This document shows positions 1 through 10,640 of a DNA stretch of 64,000 nt, piece after piece. Both the position numbers and the translations under genes were made by a program. The DNA lies in NCBI GenBank assembly GCA_963737905.1, contig CAVTUQ010000039.1, forward strand, positions 64,001 to 128,000. The letters run 5' to 3'. Numbering within the stretch: the stretch's first letter is position 1; each line of letters begins with the position of its first letter. The notes beneath the pieces are model-generated. The model was not told where the DNA came from. It saw only the letters and a list, made by a program, of their open reading frames with translations, and did no database searches. The stretch is from an uncultured delta proteobacterium (GTDB lineage Bacteria; Desulfobacterota; Binatia; UBA9968).

Positions 1-373
1 GGTTGCCGTCCTTGACAATCTTTCGCGTCGTAAAAATTCTCGGCCAGGCGTGCTGCGTTGTTACTTTGATGCTCAGATAACTTTTGTCGTCTTTGAGGCG
101 AATGTTGTAGCGCGGTTTGTATTGCTTGATGAGATTGTTTTCAAGAATCAACGCTTCTTTGTCGCTGCTCGTGACCAGGGTCTCAATATCGGCGACACGA
201 CGCACGAGAAACTCGACTTGGCAGCGTCCATCCGGACTATAAAAGTAAGCCCGCACCCGAGCATGGAGATCTTTGGCTTTGCCGACATAAATAACTTTTC
301 CCCTGTCGTCCCGCATCAAGTAAACACCGGGACGTGAGGGTAGATTGGCTATGTTTTCCGGGGTGATTGCCAT
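1..373 (-). CDS. uvrC: Excinuclease ABC subunit C, N-terminal part (runs off window edge)
   Basis: Manual translation from ATG at 373: MAITPENIANLPSRPGVYLMRDDRGKVIYVGKAKDLHARVRAYF...EALILENNLIKQYKPRYNIRLKDDKSY, the GIY-YIG domain of UvrC. Not in the ORF track because the stop lies outside the window. Confidence 0.96.
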   Translation of the reverse strand, partial: MAITPENIANLPSRPGVYLMRDDRGKVIYVGKAKDLHARVRAYFYSPDGRCQVEFLVRRVADIETLVTSSDKEALILENNLIKQYKPRYNIRLKDDKSYLSIKVTTQHAWPRIFTTRKIVKDGN

Positions 374-587
374 CGGGATTTGCCCAACACGATCGTTGGA
401 AAAGAGCGGACCGCTGGAAATTGAGCATGAACGGAGTCGCCGACTTGACGGATCCGACCTGCCAAACTGGCACTGCCTAACTTCTCCAGCGGTGTCCACA
501 TTTGCACTCGGGTGGACAATTTTCGCAATTTCCGCCCGTCTTTCACCGCCTTTTCAATCATAATGCGGCTAATCCATCGGGAGCAAA

Positions 588-603
588 TTGGCATGGCTTT
601 TGG
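588..603 (+). promoter_or_regulatory. Possible variant sigma54 (-24/-12) promoter for the 659..1072 gene
   Basis: TTGGCATGGCTTTTGG = GG-N10-GG (GG instead of GC at -12); palindrome TGTCCAC-N12-GTGGACA at 493-518 sits at enhancer distance. Confidence 0.35.
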
Positions 604-658
604 ACTATTATCGTTTAACACCGCGACGGAAATTGACGAAAGTGAAACGGAGTATACC

Positions 659-1072
659 ATGTTCGACATTGAAAACCTGATGCACATCGGGGTCTTTAAC
701 CAACTGATCCCCATCTGGCAGGTGTTTTTCTTTATCGCGAGTCTCCTGCCCTTTCTACTATGGAACCGTGTGAAAATCTGCCTCCTCGTAACCTATATGT
801 TTACCTTCTACCTCGGCTTCATGGTTCAATGGGGAGACTACATCTCCACCACCGGTGCGATGCAGCCCTTTGTCCTTTATTCCCTCAGTGGTTTGGCGAT
901 CGCGGTCTTCTTTGTCGCGACGATCTTCAACGAACAACCGGAAAAAACCAAAGTTCGCTGGGTTCGTTTCTCTCAGCAAGCGGATGACGAAGAAGGGCCG
1001 GCTCGGATGCGCCATTCGGACCCCGTGGAAGCCGCCATCAACGTAACTAATGTTTCGGACTCTGAGCGCTGA
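659..1072 (+). CDS. Hypothetical membrane protein (about 3 TM segments, charged tail)
   Basis: Part of ORF 512..1072; ATG at 659 preceded by GGAG; three hydrophobic stretches. Confidence 0.7.
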   Translation: MFDIENLMHIGVFNQLIPIWQVFFFIASLLPFLLWNRVKICLLVTYMFTFYLGFMVQWGDYISTTGAMQPFVLYSLSGLAIAVFFVATIFNEQPEKTKVRWVRFSQQADDEEGPARMRHSDPVEAAINVTNVSDSER

Positions 1073-1121
1073 GAATCTCTCCCACGGTCAACTCTTTGTC
1101 GCTTCTGACTTCATTTCGACA

Positions 1122-3161
1122 CTAGGAACCAGGGCTGCGTGCCGCCAACGGATTACGCAGCCCGATTTCTTGTTCTTCCATCGCCCGAACTCGGTCGCGT
1201 AACTCGGCAGCCCTCTCGAATTCAAGGTTTTGGGCAGCTTTTTTCATCTCTTTCTTAAGCCTTTGAATTAGCCTTGGTAATTCTTTTGCCCCAAAATGGG
1301 CTTCCTTCTCGGCGGCCAAGGGAACGTCGACATAGTCGGCTTCGTAAATTTTCACCAGCGGCGACCCGAGAGATTTGATCACGGTTTGCGGCGTGATGTC
1401 GTGCTCCTTATTGAAAGCCGCCTGCAAACTGCGGCGCCGATTCGTCTCGCCAATCGCCGACTTCATAGAATCGGTGCTGGAATCGGCATAGAGAATAACC
1501 GTCCCGTAAACATTGCGCGCGGCTCGGCCAATCGTCTGGATCAAAGAGCGATCGGAGCGCAAGAACCCCTCTTTGTCGGCATCGAGTATAGCCACCAAGG
1601 AAACTTCCGGAAGGTCGAGTCCCTCTCGCAGGAGGTTGATGCCGACCAGCACATCAAAAACCCCCATGCGCAATTGGCGGATGATCTCGACCCGCTCGAG
1701 GGTCTCGATATCCGAGTGCAAATAGCGAACCTTAACGTTTAGATCTTGGTAGTAATCGGTAAGATCTTCCGCCATTCTTTTGGTTAAAGTCGTTACCAGA
1801 ACTCGTTCCCTCCGCTCGGCTCTTTTGCGTATCTCTTCAAGCAGATCGTCCACCTGATTGCGCGCCGGACGCACCACCACTTCCGGGTCCGTCAAGCCCG
1901 TAGGACGAATGAGCTGCTCCACAACGCCACCTCGGCTCTTTTCCAGCTCATAGTGCGCCGGGGTCGCAGAAACATACATCACCTGGTCCAGGCACGCCTC
2001 GAACTCGGCGAAATTCAAAGGACGATTGTCCAAGGCCGAAGGCAAGCGAAATCCGTATTCGACCAGGGTCTCCTTCCTGGAACGGTCGCCTCGATACATG
2101 CCGCCGATTTGCGGCACCGTGACGTGGCTCTCGTCTATAAAGAGCAGAAATTGGTTCGGAAAGTAGCTGAGCAACGTCGGCGGAGCCTCCCCCGGCTTTC
2201 GCCCGGTGAGATGGCGCGAGTAATTTTCGATGCCCGGGCAAAATCCCATCTCTTCCAACAATTCCAAATCATAGAGCGTTCGTTGCTCCAGCCGCTGCGC
2301 CTCCAAAAGTTTATGCTCCGCCCGCAACACTTCCAGTCGCTCCTTGAGCTCCAGGCGGATATCCTGTATGGCCTGCTTCATTCGATCTTCTCCGGTCACA
2401 TAATGGCTGGCGGGATAGATACAGGCTTTATCGACCCGCCGTTGAATTTTCCCCCGGATGGGATCGATTTCATGAATCGTTTCAATCTGCTCATCGAAAA
2501 ATTCAATGCGGAGCGCCGACGAATCCTCATAAGCCGGAAAGATTTCAACGATATCTCCCCTGACCCGAAAGGTGCCGCGGTGAAAATCAAAGTCGCTGCG
2601 CTGGTATTGAATATCGACCAATTTTCTCAGCATCTGGTCGCGTTGGATCCGGCCGCCTTCTTCGAGATAGACCATCATGTCAAAGTAGGCTTCCGGCGAA
2701 CCGAGACCGTAAATACAAGACACACTGGCGACAATCAGCGTATCGCTCCGCTCCAGCAGTGCTTTGGTCGCGGAGTGGCGCAACTTATCGATTTCATCAT
2801 TGATGGAGGCGTCTTTTTCAATGTAGGTGTCCGTCGAGGGCACGTAAGCCTCCGGCTGGTAGTAGTCATAATAGCTGACAAAATAGCGCACGGCGTTATC
2901 GGGAAACAGCTCGCGAAACTCGTTGTAAAGCTGTGCCGCAAGAGTTTTGTTGGGCGCCATAACCAAAGTTGGTTTGTTGATCCGGGCGATCACGTTGGCC
3001 ATCGTGAAGGTTTTGCCGGAACCGGTGACGCCCAGTAAGACCTGGTCTCGTTTGTTTTTCTGGATTCCCTGGACAAGTTTCTCGATGGCCTGGGGCTGGT
3101 CGCCCTGAGGTTTGAACTCGGAAACCAATCGGAACTGACCTTCTTGTCTATTGCGAATCAT
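1122..3161 (-). CDS. uvrB: Excinuclease ABC subunit B
   Basis: LGVTGSGKT Walker [13 protein letters not shown] beta-hairpin, DESH, C-terminal [14 protein letters not shown] motif; start trimmed to ATG 3161 ([10 protein letters not shown]). Confidence 0.98.
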   Translation of the reverse strand: MIRNRQEGQFRLVSEFKPQGDQPQAIEKLVQGIQKNKRDQVLLGVTGSGKTFTMANVIARINKPTLVMAPNKTLAAQLYNEFRELFPDNAVRYFVSYYDYYQPEAYVPSTDTYIEKDASINDEIDKLRHSATKALLERSDTLIVASVSCIYGLGSPEAYFDMMVYLEEGGRIQRDQMLRKLVDIQYQRSDFDFHRGTFRVRGDIVEIFPAYEDSSALRIEFFDEQIETIHEIDPIRGKIQRRVDKACIYPASHYVTGEDRMKQAIQDIRLELKERLEVLRAEHKLLEAQRLEQRTLYDLELLEEMGFCPGIENYSRHLTGRKPGEAPPTLLSYFPNQFLLFIDESHVTVPQIGGMYRGDRSRKETLVEYGFRLPSALDNRPLNFAEFEACLDQVMYVSATPAHYELEKSRGGVVEQLIRPTGLTDPEVVVRPARNQVDDLLEEIRKRAERRERVLVTTLTKRMAEDLTDYYQDLNVKVRYLHSDIETLERVEIIRQLRMGVFDVLVGINLLREGLDLPEVSLVAILDADKEGFLRSDRSLIQTIGRAARNVYGTVILYADSSTDSMKSAIGETNRRRSLQAAFNKEHDITPQTVIKSLGSPLVKIYEADYVDVPLAAEKEAHFGAKELPRLIQRLKKEMKKAAQNLEFERAAELRDRVRAMEEQEIGLRNPLAARSPGS

Positions 3162-3204
3162 TAGAAAAAAATACCAGCCCGCGGGGGATCGGACAAGCGG
3201 GCGG

Positions 3205-4224
3205 TTATCGGGCCCTGGTATCCTGTCCGGCGTAGAGGCGGTCGATGTAACCGCTGCGATCCAGTTGGGCAAGAGGCCCGGACTCGATGAAGTCGCCCGG
3301 CTTGGTTTTGGCAAATTTCGGATCCCCTTCAGCCAGATGATTGATCACGGCCTGAACTGCGCTTTCGACAGCGAAAGGTTTGGCGGGCATATCGGCTCCA
3401 TAATGCCACGATTCTTCCAATGCCTCGGGATCGCTAGTGCCGAGAAACTTTGCAAGGATTTTGTAGGTGTCCTCCTGCCGGGTTTTGAAGAAATGGATTC
3501 CACGGACGATGGCACGCACTGTACGCAACGTGAGATTCGGGTAGTTTTTCATCAGCGAGCGGCGGGTGGCGATGGTAGAGCCCTGGTATTCTATCTTCAG
3601 ATCCGACAGATTGACCAGGAAATTCATCCCGGCCTTTCGAGCGAATAGCGTTGCCGGCGGCGAAACCATCGTTGCCGCAACTCTGCGCGCGTCGAGAGCG
3701 ATCCACATCGCTTCGTTGGTTCCGAGATAGAGGAACTTGACGTCCTTATCGGGATTCAGTTTCAAATGTTTGAGCGCCGAACGGGCATTTTTCTCGTAAG
3801 CATCCCCTGGACGCTGCAGACCGATAATCCCTCCCACTAAATCCTTGGCGGTGCGGATTTCCGGGCGGCTCACCAGCGTCATGGCGGCGTAACGCGTCAG
3901 CCCGCCAAGCATGACGACCTCCTGGTTCCGAACCGACACCGGGATAAGCAAAAAGGCCGACATCGTAGCGAAATCAGTATCGCCCGAAATGAGCGCCATC
4001 GGCGACACAGCCCCGGCGGTCCGCACGACCTCGACCTGCAACCCCTCATCGCGGAACAAGCCCGCTTCGCTGGCTAAATAGGGAATCGAGTGGGTCACCG
4101 CCCGCGCCGCGTAGCCGATACGGATTTTGTCCTTTTCCGGTTTGCCCTGGGCGCCGGCGTTGACGCCGAGGCTAATCAGAGCCACCGACATCAGCAGGAT
4201 CAAAAAACGCAAACCGGATCTCAC
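3205..4224 (-). CDS. NitT/TauT (SsuA/THI5-like) ABC substrate-binding protein
   Basis: Signal peptide, KIRIGY...[29 protein letters not shown]-terminal [11 protein letters not shown]. Confidence 0.85.
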   Translation of the reverse strand: MRSGLRFLILLMSVALISLGVNAGAQGKPEKDKIRIGYAARAVTHSIPYLASEAGLFRDEGLQVEVVRTAGAVSPMALISGDTDFATMSAFLLIPVSVRNQEVVMLGGLTRYAAMTLVSRPEIRTAKDLVGGIIGLQRPGDAYEKNARSALKHLKLNPDKDVKFLYLGTNEAMWIALDARRVAATMVSPPATLFARKAGMNFLVNLSDLKIEYQGSTIATRRSLMKNYPNLTLRTVRAIVRGIHFFKTRQEDTYKILAKFLGTSDPEALEESWHYGADMPAKPFAVESAVQAVINHLAEGDPKFAKTKPGDFIESGPLAQLDRSGYIDRLYAGQDTRAR

Positions 4225-4333
4225 CCTTTCGCCTCCGTTGAATTGCTACCGAAAACTCCCCATAGACTAGGCGACAAACAATAACAAGGACAATAATAGA
4301 ACTAAATACAGGAAAGCTCGAACCGATTAAGGG

Positions 4334-4603
4334 CTATGAGCTGCTGCCCGAACCGTTGCGGGTCAGTCCGCCAGGACGTACCGTCACAAGCCGGCCGGGC
4401 TGGCGAAACATGATCTGCGCGATCATAGGCGAGATGGGCTTGCCGAAGAGACAATAGCCGTGGCCATTTTGATTCTCTCCGTTGGCCCAGGCGGCGAACT
4501 CATCCGGTGTCGGCGTATGGCCGAGGTCAGCTGCGCAACGGCGCACGATGAAGCCCAGCATCATCTTCGTAGCGCTTTGCTTAGCACCGGGAGAACCATC
4601 CAT
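4334..4603 (-). CDS. Hypothetical protein, 89 aa
   Basis: Fills the gap between two genes; protein-like composition (LGFIVRRCAADLGHTPTPDEFAAWAN). Confidence 0.6.
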   Translation of the reverse strand: MDGSPGAKQSATKMMLGFIVRRCAADLGHTPTPDEFAAWANGENQNGHGYCLFGKPISPMIAQIMFRQPGRLVTVRPGGLTRNGSGSSS

Positions 4604-4694
4604 GACCCCACTGTATAAAAAATATTCGCCAAGGTTGCAAGAAAATTTGCTAACTACTATTGGTTTGCATAGTATACTGCTAGTTTAATACGAT

Positions 4695-5252
4695 ATGGCA
4701 CCGCAAGACTGGCAAAGGTATCTTCAATTTCGTTGTACCGGTTGCGGCAACTGCTGCCGCGACACTATCGTTTGCATCACCGACGGCGACATCAAACGGA
4801 TCGTTGACGGAACGGGAAGGTCTCCCCTCGAGTTCGTCCGCTTTTATACCCATGAGGAAGTCTCAATGTCGACCCATGATCCGCTTTGGGTGAAGTTTAA
4901 CGACGAGAAAGCGGTTATGGCTCTCCGCTCGATTCAAGATCGCTGCGTCTTTCTCGACAACGAGACCAACCTCTGCACCATCTACGAGCACCGCCCGGTT
5001 ACCTGCCGGGATCATCCCTTCAGCGTAACTTTTTCCGATACCGGCGCAGTGGAAAAAATTTCTTTGAGTAAAATTGTCAAGTGCCCTCACGCATGGGACG
5101 GCAACATATCCCGCCGAGAATTACGCAAAGTGCAGACCTGGAACGAACGGCAAGAAGAGAATTATTTGAAGAAGGTTCGCGCGTGGAATCGTTGCAAGAC
5201 GCATCCGAAAACCCAACCGGCATTTCTCCGCTTTCTTGGCTTCTCGGTTTAA
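4695..5252 (+). CDS. YkgJ-family CxxCxxCC cysteine-cluster (putative Fe-S/Zn) protein
   Basis: FRCTGCGNCC, CVFLD, CTIYEHRPVTCRDHPF. Confidence 0.88.
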   Translation: MAPQDWQRYLQFRCTGCGNCCRDTIVCITDGDIKRIVDGTGRSPLEFVRFYTHEEVSMSTHDPLWVKFNDEKAVMALRSIQDRCVFLDNETNLCTIYEHRPVTCRDHPFSVTFSDTGAVEKISLSKIVKCPHAWDGNISRRELRKVQTWNERQEENYLKKVRAWNRCKTHPKTQPAFLRFLGFSV

Positions 5253-5342
5253 CGTCATTAATCGCGACACAGGCTTGCTTGCGCTGGACGCCACTCATCC
5301 TTACGCGACGGCTAATCTCATGCAGAGCTCGGACTGTGACAA

Positions 5343-5377
5343 AAAAGCGAGCTCAATTAGCTGATTAGCTCGCTTTT
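5343..5377. terminator. Bidirectional intrinsic terminator
   Basis: AAAAGCGAGCT...AGCTCGCTTTT inverted repeat with A/T tails between convergent genes. Confidence 0.7.
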
Positions 5378-5401
5378 CATCCCGGGTGAACAGATGGATT
5401 A

Positions 5402-6337
5402 CTAATCAGTCATGTGGGTGGTCGCCTTCAAGTGTTTGTCGACGGTTGTATAGCCCTTCCATTGGTCAACCAGCCAATATCGGACCCCGAACTCGAAGCG
5501 GAGTTCTTTCATATCCCTGTCGTAAGGGTTGAAGTGTTGATGGTGCATCATCCCTGGCGGCACGTGCACCGCGTCGCCTTGATTCCAGTCATAGCGTTTC
5601 CCGCCGATCTCTGAGTAACCGTCCCCTTCCAGCGCGTACAGATAGGCTTCCGGGTGGGCATGGCTGTGGCTCTTGGTGTGCGCCAAATCAACGAAGATGG
5701 AACTGATCGCCACACCGGTAGCTTTAAAACCGTTCTGCTTGCCGCTTCGACCCATCAAAAAATAGGTCGCCCCATGCTTCGATTCGTCGGACTTCTCGTG
5801 CTGTTTATGATGCATGGAGACCCGCCTCCCGTCTTCCGGCCAATACTGGGACTCCTCCTTCGGGAAAGCCGATAAGACCTTCGGGTCGTTCTCACCGCAA
5901 TCTTCAAGCTGTTCCATTTTTCCCATATAAACATCGGCTTCCAGATGCCAGGCTAAACCAGACAGGTAACCCACAGGGAGCTTCCCGCTATTGAACAGCT
6001 GATGGGTGGACCGATATGGAATGTGAAAGACGGTTCCAGGGAAGAAGTCGTACCGCTTGTCGTCGAGAATCATGAAACCCTCGCCGCTTTCCACATAAAT
6101 CGCCTCCTCGCCATGAAGATGCTTGCCGGTGTGCCAGCCCACTGGGATTTCTGCGCGCAAAAGGCAGCTGCCGCCGGTTGGGAATCCGAGCTCAGGGGCG
6201 ATCATCAAAGCCGCCTTATAATCCTGACGAGTCCGTACCCATTTAAGATCTTTGCTCCGTGCGACCCGTGGCGCCTCGTCGACTTTCTTTAGATTGTTGG
6301 CCGATCGCTCTAACCAAGCGCTGTAAAAATCATTCAT
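5402..6337 (-). CDS. Bicupin protein (gentisate-dioxygenase-like fold, function unknown)
   Basis: Two cupin motifs HLHGEE...STHQLFN and HAHPEA...HHQHFN; ATG 6337 with GGAGGAG RBS. Confidence 0.8.
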   Translation of the reverse strand: MNDFYSAWLERSANNLKKVDEAPRVARSKDLKWVRTRQDYKAALMIAPELGFPTGGSCLLRAEIPVGWHTGKHLHGEEAIYVESGEGFMILDDKRYDFFPGTVFHIPYRSTHQLFNSGKLPVGYLSGLAWHLEADVYMGKMEQLEDCGENDPKVLSAFPKEESQYWPEDGRRVSMHHKQHEKSDESKHGATYFLMGRSGKQNGFKATGVAISSIFVDLAHTKSHSHAHPEAYLYALEGDGYSEIGGKRYDWNQGDAVHVPPGMMHHQHFNPYDRDMKELRFEFGVRYWLVDQWKGYTTVDKHLKATTHMTD

Positions 6338-6602
6338 GCTTTCTCCTCCATTCAAAATGCATATACTCTTCCTTTATTTAGATTCCTAACGGAGGGCACC
6401 CCCTTTGTCAAATCTACGAGACGGTCAGGGCACCGCATTTGCGGCATCCAAAGCATTTGATTCCTCGGACTCCGGCCGCTCACGTGCACTCGCCCGCTTG
6501 GCCGGAATGATGTTTGAAATACCGAGACATTTCTGAGACATTTTACTAAATACTTGCATTGGGCATCGCTGTCGGTGCAGACTGGAATCGGAGGAAAGGC
6601 TC

Positions 6603-7721
6603 ATGGCAAAAGACAAGACAGCTGGGCTCGAGGGCGTTATCGCCGGAGATACGGCGATCGCTACAGTCGGTAAGGAAGGCAAAGGCCTCACCTACCGAGG
6701 CTACTCGATCTATGACCTCGCCGAACAATCGACGTTCGAAGAGGTCGCCTATCTTCTCATCTACGGTCGTCTACCCAAGCAGACTGAGCTGAACCTTTAC
6801 AAGGAAGCTCTCCGCCAAATACGTGGATTGCCGGTACCGCTCAAGACGGTACTCGAGCAAATTCCCGCAGATACTCACCCCATGGACGTGATGCGCACCG
6901 GTTGTTCGATGCTTGGAACTCTGGAGCCCGAAGGAGCTGCCCGCGATCAGACCGCTGTAGCCAACCGGCTGACGGCATGCTTTAGCTCCATGCTTCTCTA
7001 CTGGTACCACTTTCAAAAGAGCGGCAAACGGATCGAAACCACCACCGACGATGACAGCACCGCCGGCCACTTTCTCCATTTGCTGCACGGCAACAAGCCC
7101 GATGAGCTGCAGCGACGCGCCATTGATGTGTCGCTCATTCTCTACGCCGAGCATGAATTCAACGCATCGACTTTCACCGCCCGCACCATCACTTCCACTC
7201 TGCCCGACTTCTATTCCGCCGTTACCGGCGCCATCGGCGCCCTGCGGGGTCCGCTGCACGGTGGCGCCAATGAAGCCGCCATGGAGCTTATCGAGCGGTT
7301 CAACACACCCGATGAGGCCGAAAAAGGCGTTCTCCAACTGATCGGTGCGAAGAAACTTATCATGGGCTTCGGCCATCGCGTCTACAAAATTTCCGATCCG
7401 CGCTCCGACGTGATCAAAGGCTGGTCCAAAAAACTCGGCGCCGCCCACGGAGATGAGAAACTCTACCCGGTGTCCGAGCGCATCGAGCAGGTCATGCGAC
7501 GGGAGAAAAAACTTTTCCCTAACCTCGATTTTTACAGCGCCAGCGCTTACCACCTGTGCGGCATTCCGACCGCGATGTTCACGCCGCTGTTTGTCGTCGC
7601 CCGCATCACCGGCTGGGCGGCCCACATCATCGAACAACGTGCCGATAACCGTCTGATCCGTCCCAATGCCGATTACATCGGTCCCGACCCCCGGCCCTAC
7701 ATTCCCATCGCCAACCGATAG
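6603..7721 (+). CDS. prpC: 2-methylcitrate synthase
   Basis: [36 protein letters not shown]; adjacent to prpD and prpB. Confidence 0.93.
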   Translation: MAKDKTAGLEGVIAGDTAIATVGKEGKGLTYRGYSIYDLAEQSTFEEVAYLLIYGRLPKQTELNLYKEALRQIRGLPVPLKTVLEQIPADTHPMDVMRTGCSMLGTLEPEGAARDQTAVANRLTACFSSMLLYWYHFQKSGKRIETTTDDDSTAGHFLHLLHGNKPDELQRRAIDVSLILYAEHEFNASTFTARTITSTLPDFYSAVTGAIGALRGPLHGGANEAAMELIERFNTPDEAEKGVLQLIGAKKLIMGFGHRVYKISDPRSDVIKGWSKKLGAAHGDEKLYPVSERIEQVMRREKKLFPNLDFYSASAYHLCGIPTAMFTPLFVVARITGWAAHIIEQRADNRLIRPNADYIGPDPRPYIPIANR

Positions 7722-7725
7722 TCTG

Positions 7726-9165
7726 ATGACCACCGCAGTTTCAAATATTCGCCCTGAACCAGATCCAATCATGGTCGATATTGCCGACTATGCAGCGAAC
7801 TATATTCCCGAGAGTAAGGAAGCCATCGATACCGCGCGCTACTGCTTCATGGACGCTTTGGGCTGCGGTCTGCTGGCCTTGCGTTTTCCGGAATGCGCCA
7901 AGCATCTAGGACCCATCGTCCCCGGGGCACTGTTAATCAACGGCGCTCGCATTCCAGGAACCGAATGGCAACTCGAACCGGTTCACGCCGCTTTTAACAT
8001 CGGCGCGATGATTCGTTGGCTCGACTTCAACGATACCTGGCTCGCCGCCGAATGGGGGCATCCGTCGGATAATCTGGGCGGCATCCTGGCTTTGTCGGAT
8101 TATCTGTGCAGAACCAAACAGAAATCGCTCACCATTGGCGATGTTCTTCATTCCATGATCAAGGCGCACGAGATTCAGGGAGTTCTCGCCCTCGAAAACA
8201 GCTTCAATCGCGTGGGACTCGACCACGTTCTTTTAGTCAGGGTCGCCACCGCTGCCGTGACCGGCGCCTTGCTTGGCGGTAACAAAGAACAAATCATCAG
8301 CGCCATCGCCAACGCCTGGACTGATGGCGGGAGTTTGCGCGTCTATCGCCACGCTCCCAACACAGGCCCGCGTAAGTCCTGGGCCGCGGGAGACGCCACG
8401 AGCCGTGGCGTCCGGTTGGCACTTATGGCACTCCGGGGAGAAATGGGTTATCCGTCGGCGCTATCGGCAAAGACCTGGGGATTTTACGATGTCCTCTTTC
8501 ATGGAAAAGCCTTGAGCTTACCTCGCCCGTTGGCTTCCTATGTCATGGAGAACGTCCTGTTCAAAATCTCCTTCCCGGCGGAATTTCACGCGCAGACGGC
8601 GGTGGAGTGCGCTATCAAGCTACATGAACAGGTAAAGAACCGGCTCGAACAGATCGAAAGGGTGATGATCATCACCCAGGAGTCGGCGATCCGGATTATC
8701 GACAAGACCGGCCCGCTGCACAATCCAGCGGACCGCGACCATTGTATTCAGTACATGACCGCAGTCGGATTGATCTTCGGCGAGCTCACGGCGGATCATT
8801 ACGAAGATAAGTTCGCCCGAGATTCACGCATCGATAGCTTACGCGACAAGATGGTCATCATAGAGGACGCCCGTTACTCGGAGGATTATCTCGACCCCGA
8901 TAAGCGCTCCATCGCCAACGCAGTCCAGGTTTTTTTCAAAGACGGATCGGTTACCGAAAAAATCGCCGTCGAGTATCCCATCGGTCACCGGCGACGCCGC
9001 GCGGAAGGTATTCCCCTTTTGGTAAAGAAGTTTAAATCAAATCTAGATTCGCGCCTGGCACCGCCATGGAGCCAAAAAATTCTCGATCTTTGTCTGGAGC
9101 CGCCAAAGTTGCAAGCCACTCCCGTGGATCAATTCTTGGACATGTTTACTGTCCAATTTGCATGA
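7726..9165 (+). CDS. prpD: 2-methylcitrate dehydratase
   Basis: [47 protein letters not shown]; start ATG 7726. Confidence 0.95.
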   Translation: MTTAVSNIRPEPDPIMVDIADYAANYIPESKEAIDTARYCFMDALGCGLLALRFPECAKHLGPIVPGALLINGARIPGTEWQLEPVHAAFNIGAMIRWLDFNDTWLAAEWGHPSDNLGGILALSDYLCRTKQKSLTIGDVLHSMIKAHEIQGVLALENSFNRVGLDHVLLVRVATAAVTGALLGGNKEQIISAIANAWTDGGSLRVYRHAPNTGPRKSWAAGDATSRGVRLALMALRGEMGYPSALSAKTWGFYDVLFHGKALSLPRPLASYVMENVLFKISFPAEFHAQTAVECAIKLHEQVKNRLEQIERVMIITQESAIRIIDKTGPLHNPADRDHCIQYMTAVGLIFGELTADHYEDKFARDSRIDSLRDKMVIIEDARYSEDYLDPDKRSIANAVQVFFKDGSVTEKIAVEYPIGHRRRRAEGIPLLVKKFKSNLDSRLAPPWSQKILDLCLEPPKLQATPVDQFLDMFTVQFA

Positions 9166-9199
9166 TCGTCCCAAGATTCGAATAATCTGGAGAAACAAC

Positions 9200-10081
9200 A
9201 TGAATTCAAGGCAAGTGCTTACACAGCTGCTCAAGCGTGACAAACTCTTGGTTGCCCCGGGTTGTTTCGACGGGCTATCCGCTCGTCTCGTAGAGGAGGC
9301 CGGTTTCGAGGCTGTTTACTTGAGCGGCGGCGCGCTCGCTCGCAGCATGGGAATACCCGACATCGGGTTGGTCACCATGTCCGAGGTGATCGAGAGGACG
9401 GGGCAAGTCGTTTCCGCAGTGCGGATACCCGTTATCGCTGACGCCGATACCGGTTATGGCAACGCCGTCAATCTGGTTCGGACGGTTCGAGAGTTCGAAC
9501 GCACCGGAGTGGCGGCCATTCATATCGAAGATCAGATCACGCCGAAACGCTGCGGTCATCTAGACGGCAAAGAGGTCATCCCGCTTGCCGAAATGGAAAA
9601 AAAATTGACAGCCGCGTTAGCCCGCCGCACGGATCCCGACTTTTGCATCATCGCGCGAACCGATGCGCGCGGTGTGCATGGCTTTGACGACGCCATCGAG
9701 AGAGGCCGGGCCTTTGCCCAACTGGGCGTGGATGCGGTGTTTGTCGAAGCGCCACAGTCGGAAGCGGAATTGGAAGAAATCCCCCGAGCCCTTCCCCAGA
9801 TCCCGCTGCTAGTCAACGTGTTCAAAGGCGGGAAAACCCCCATGCTTCCGGTCCAACGACTGCAGCAAATGGGATACCGGATTGCGATCTACCCGTCTGA
9901 AACCCAGAGAGCCGGCATCCACGCTATGCGAATGGCGCTCGGGTTGCTCAAACAAGAGGGTACGACTGAAGCGATGGACGCGGCGCTGACGACGTTCAAG
10001 GAGCGCGATCAAATCGTTGGCCTCGATGATTGGCAAAGACTCGAACGGCGGTACATGGCCGTTGACGGAGAGAAGTCGTAG
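9200..10081 (+). CDS. prpB: Isocitrate lyase/PEP mutase family, probable 2-methylisocitrate lyase
   Basis: DADTGYG, HIEDQ..PKRCGH, ARTDA; follows prpC-prpD. Confidence 0.8.
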   Translation: MNSRQVLTQLLKRDKLLVAPGCFDGLSARLVEEAGFEAVYLSGGALARSMGIPDIGLVTMSEVIERTGQVVSAVRIPVIADADTGYGNAVNLVRTVREFERTGVAAIHIEDQITPKRCGHLDGKEVIPLAEMEKKLTAALARRTDPDFCIIARTDARGVHGFDDAIERGRAFAQLGVDAVFVEAPQSEAELEEIPRALPQIPLLVNVFKGGKTPMLPVQRLQQMGYRIAIYPSETQRAGIHAMRMALGLLKQEGTTEAMDAALTTFKERDQIVGLDDWQRLERRYMAVDGEKS

Positions 10082-10163
10082 TATCCTTAGGCTCGCCCAT
10101 TCGGAACCTTCGAGAAGTTCCTTAGCCTCTCGATGAGAATTTCCAGCCAACCCAAAGAGGATC

Positions 10164-10451
10164 CTAAATCGCATAAATATGAACCGAATCTTCCCCCGGC
10201 GCATGTCCGCGTGTAATCAGTTTTACGATGCTTCGGACGTTGCGGCTAACATCCGAGATATCGGCAACGGGAAACCCGTCCTTCACGTACCTCCCGATCA
10301 GCTTCTCATCACCCATACTGACAATCTGGAGAAACTCCCCATCTTCACCTTTGAAGTACCGCTCGGTTCCGGGAGCTGGGCTGTTCAATTCGTTCTGCAA
10401 AGAGGCCGTAATCTTTACACCAACAAACAACCGCTTTCCCGTCTCAGCCAT
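10164..10451 (-). CDS. Hypothetical protein, 95 aa
   Basis: ATG with GGGAG RBS, globular alpha/beta-like composition. Confidence 0.7.
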   Translation of the reverse strand: MAETGKRLFVGVKITASLQNELNSPAPGTERYFKGEDGEFLQIVSMGDEKLIGRYVKDGFPVADISDVSRNVRSIVKLITRGHAPGEDSVHIYAI

Positions 10452-10640
10452 TGTCGCTTCTCCCTTGGGTACAATTCATAATTTAGCACGGTTGCGTTCT
10501 CTGTAAAGCGACCGGAAGACTCGCAGCGGCGGTGTCCCGTTTGCTTTACCGCTGTGACTAGACATTTTCTTGGCCATGAAATAATGAGTGGTGAGTTGAT
10601 ACCAAAAAACGGTACCCGTAAGAACCAAGGAGTTGTTCAC

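Noticed and set aside
50-337. 95-aa + strand ORF
   Set aside because: Antisense shadow of uvrC.
1953-3038. 361-aa + strand ORF, and similar long antisense ORFs (6771..7772, 21495..22256, 36771..37541, 46336..47103, 48275..49393, 59864..60613)
   Set aside because: Lie opposite well-supported genes; typical GC-rich shadow frames with no motifs.
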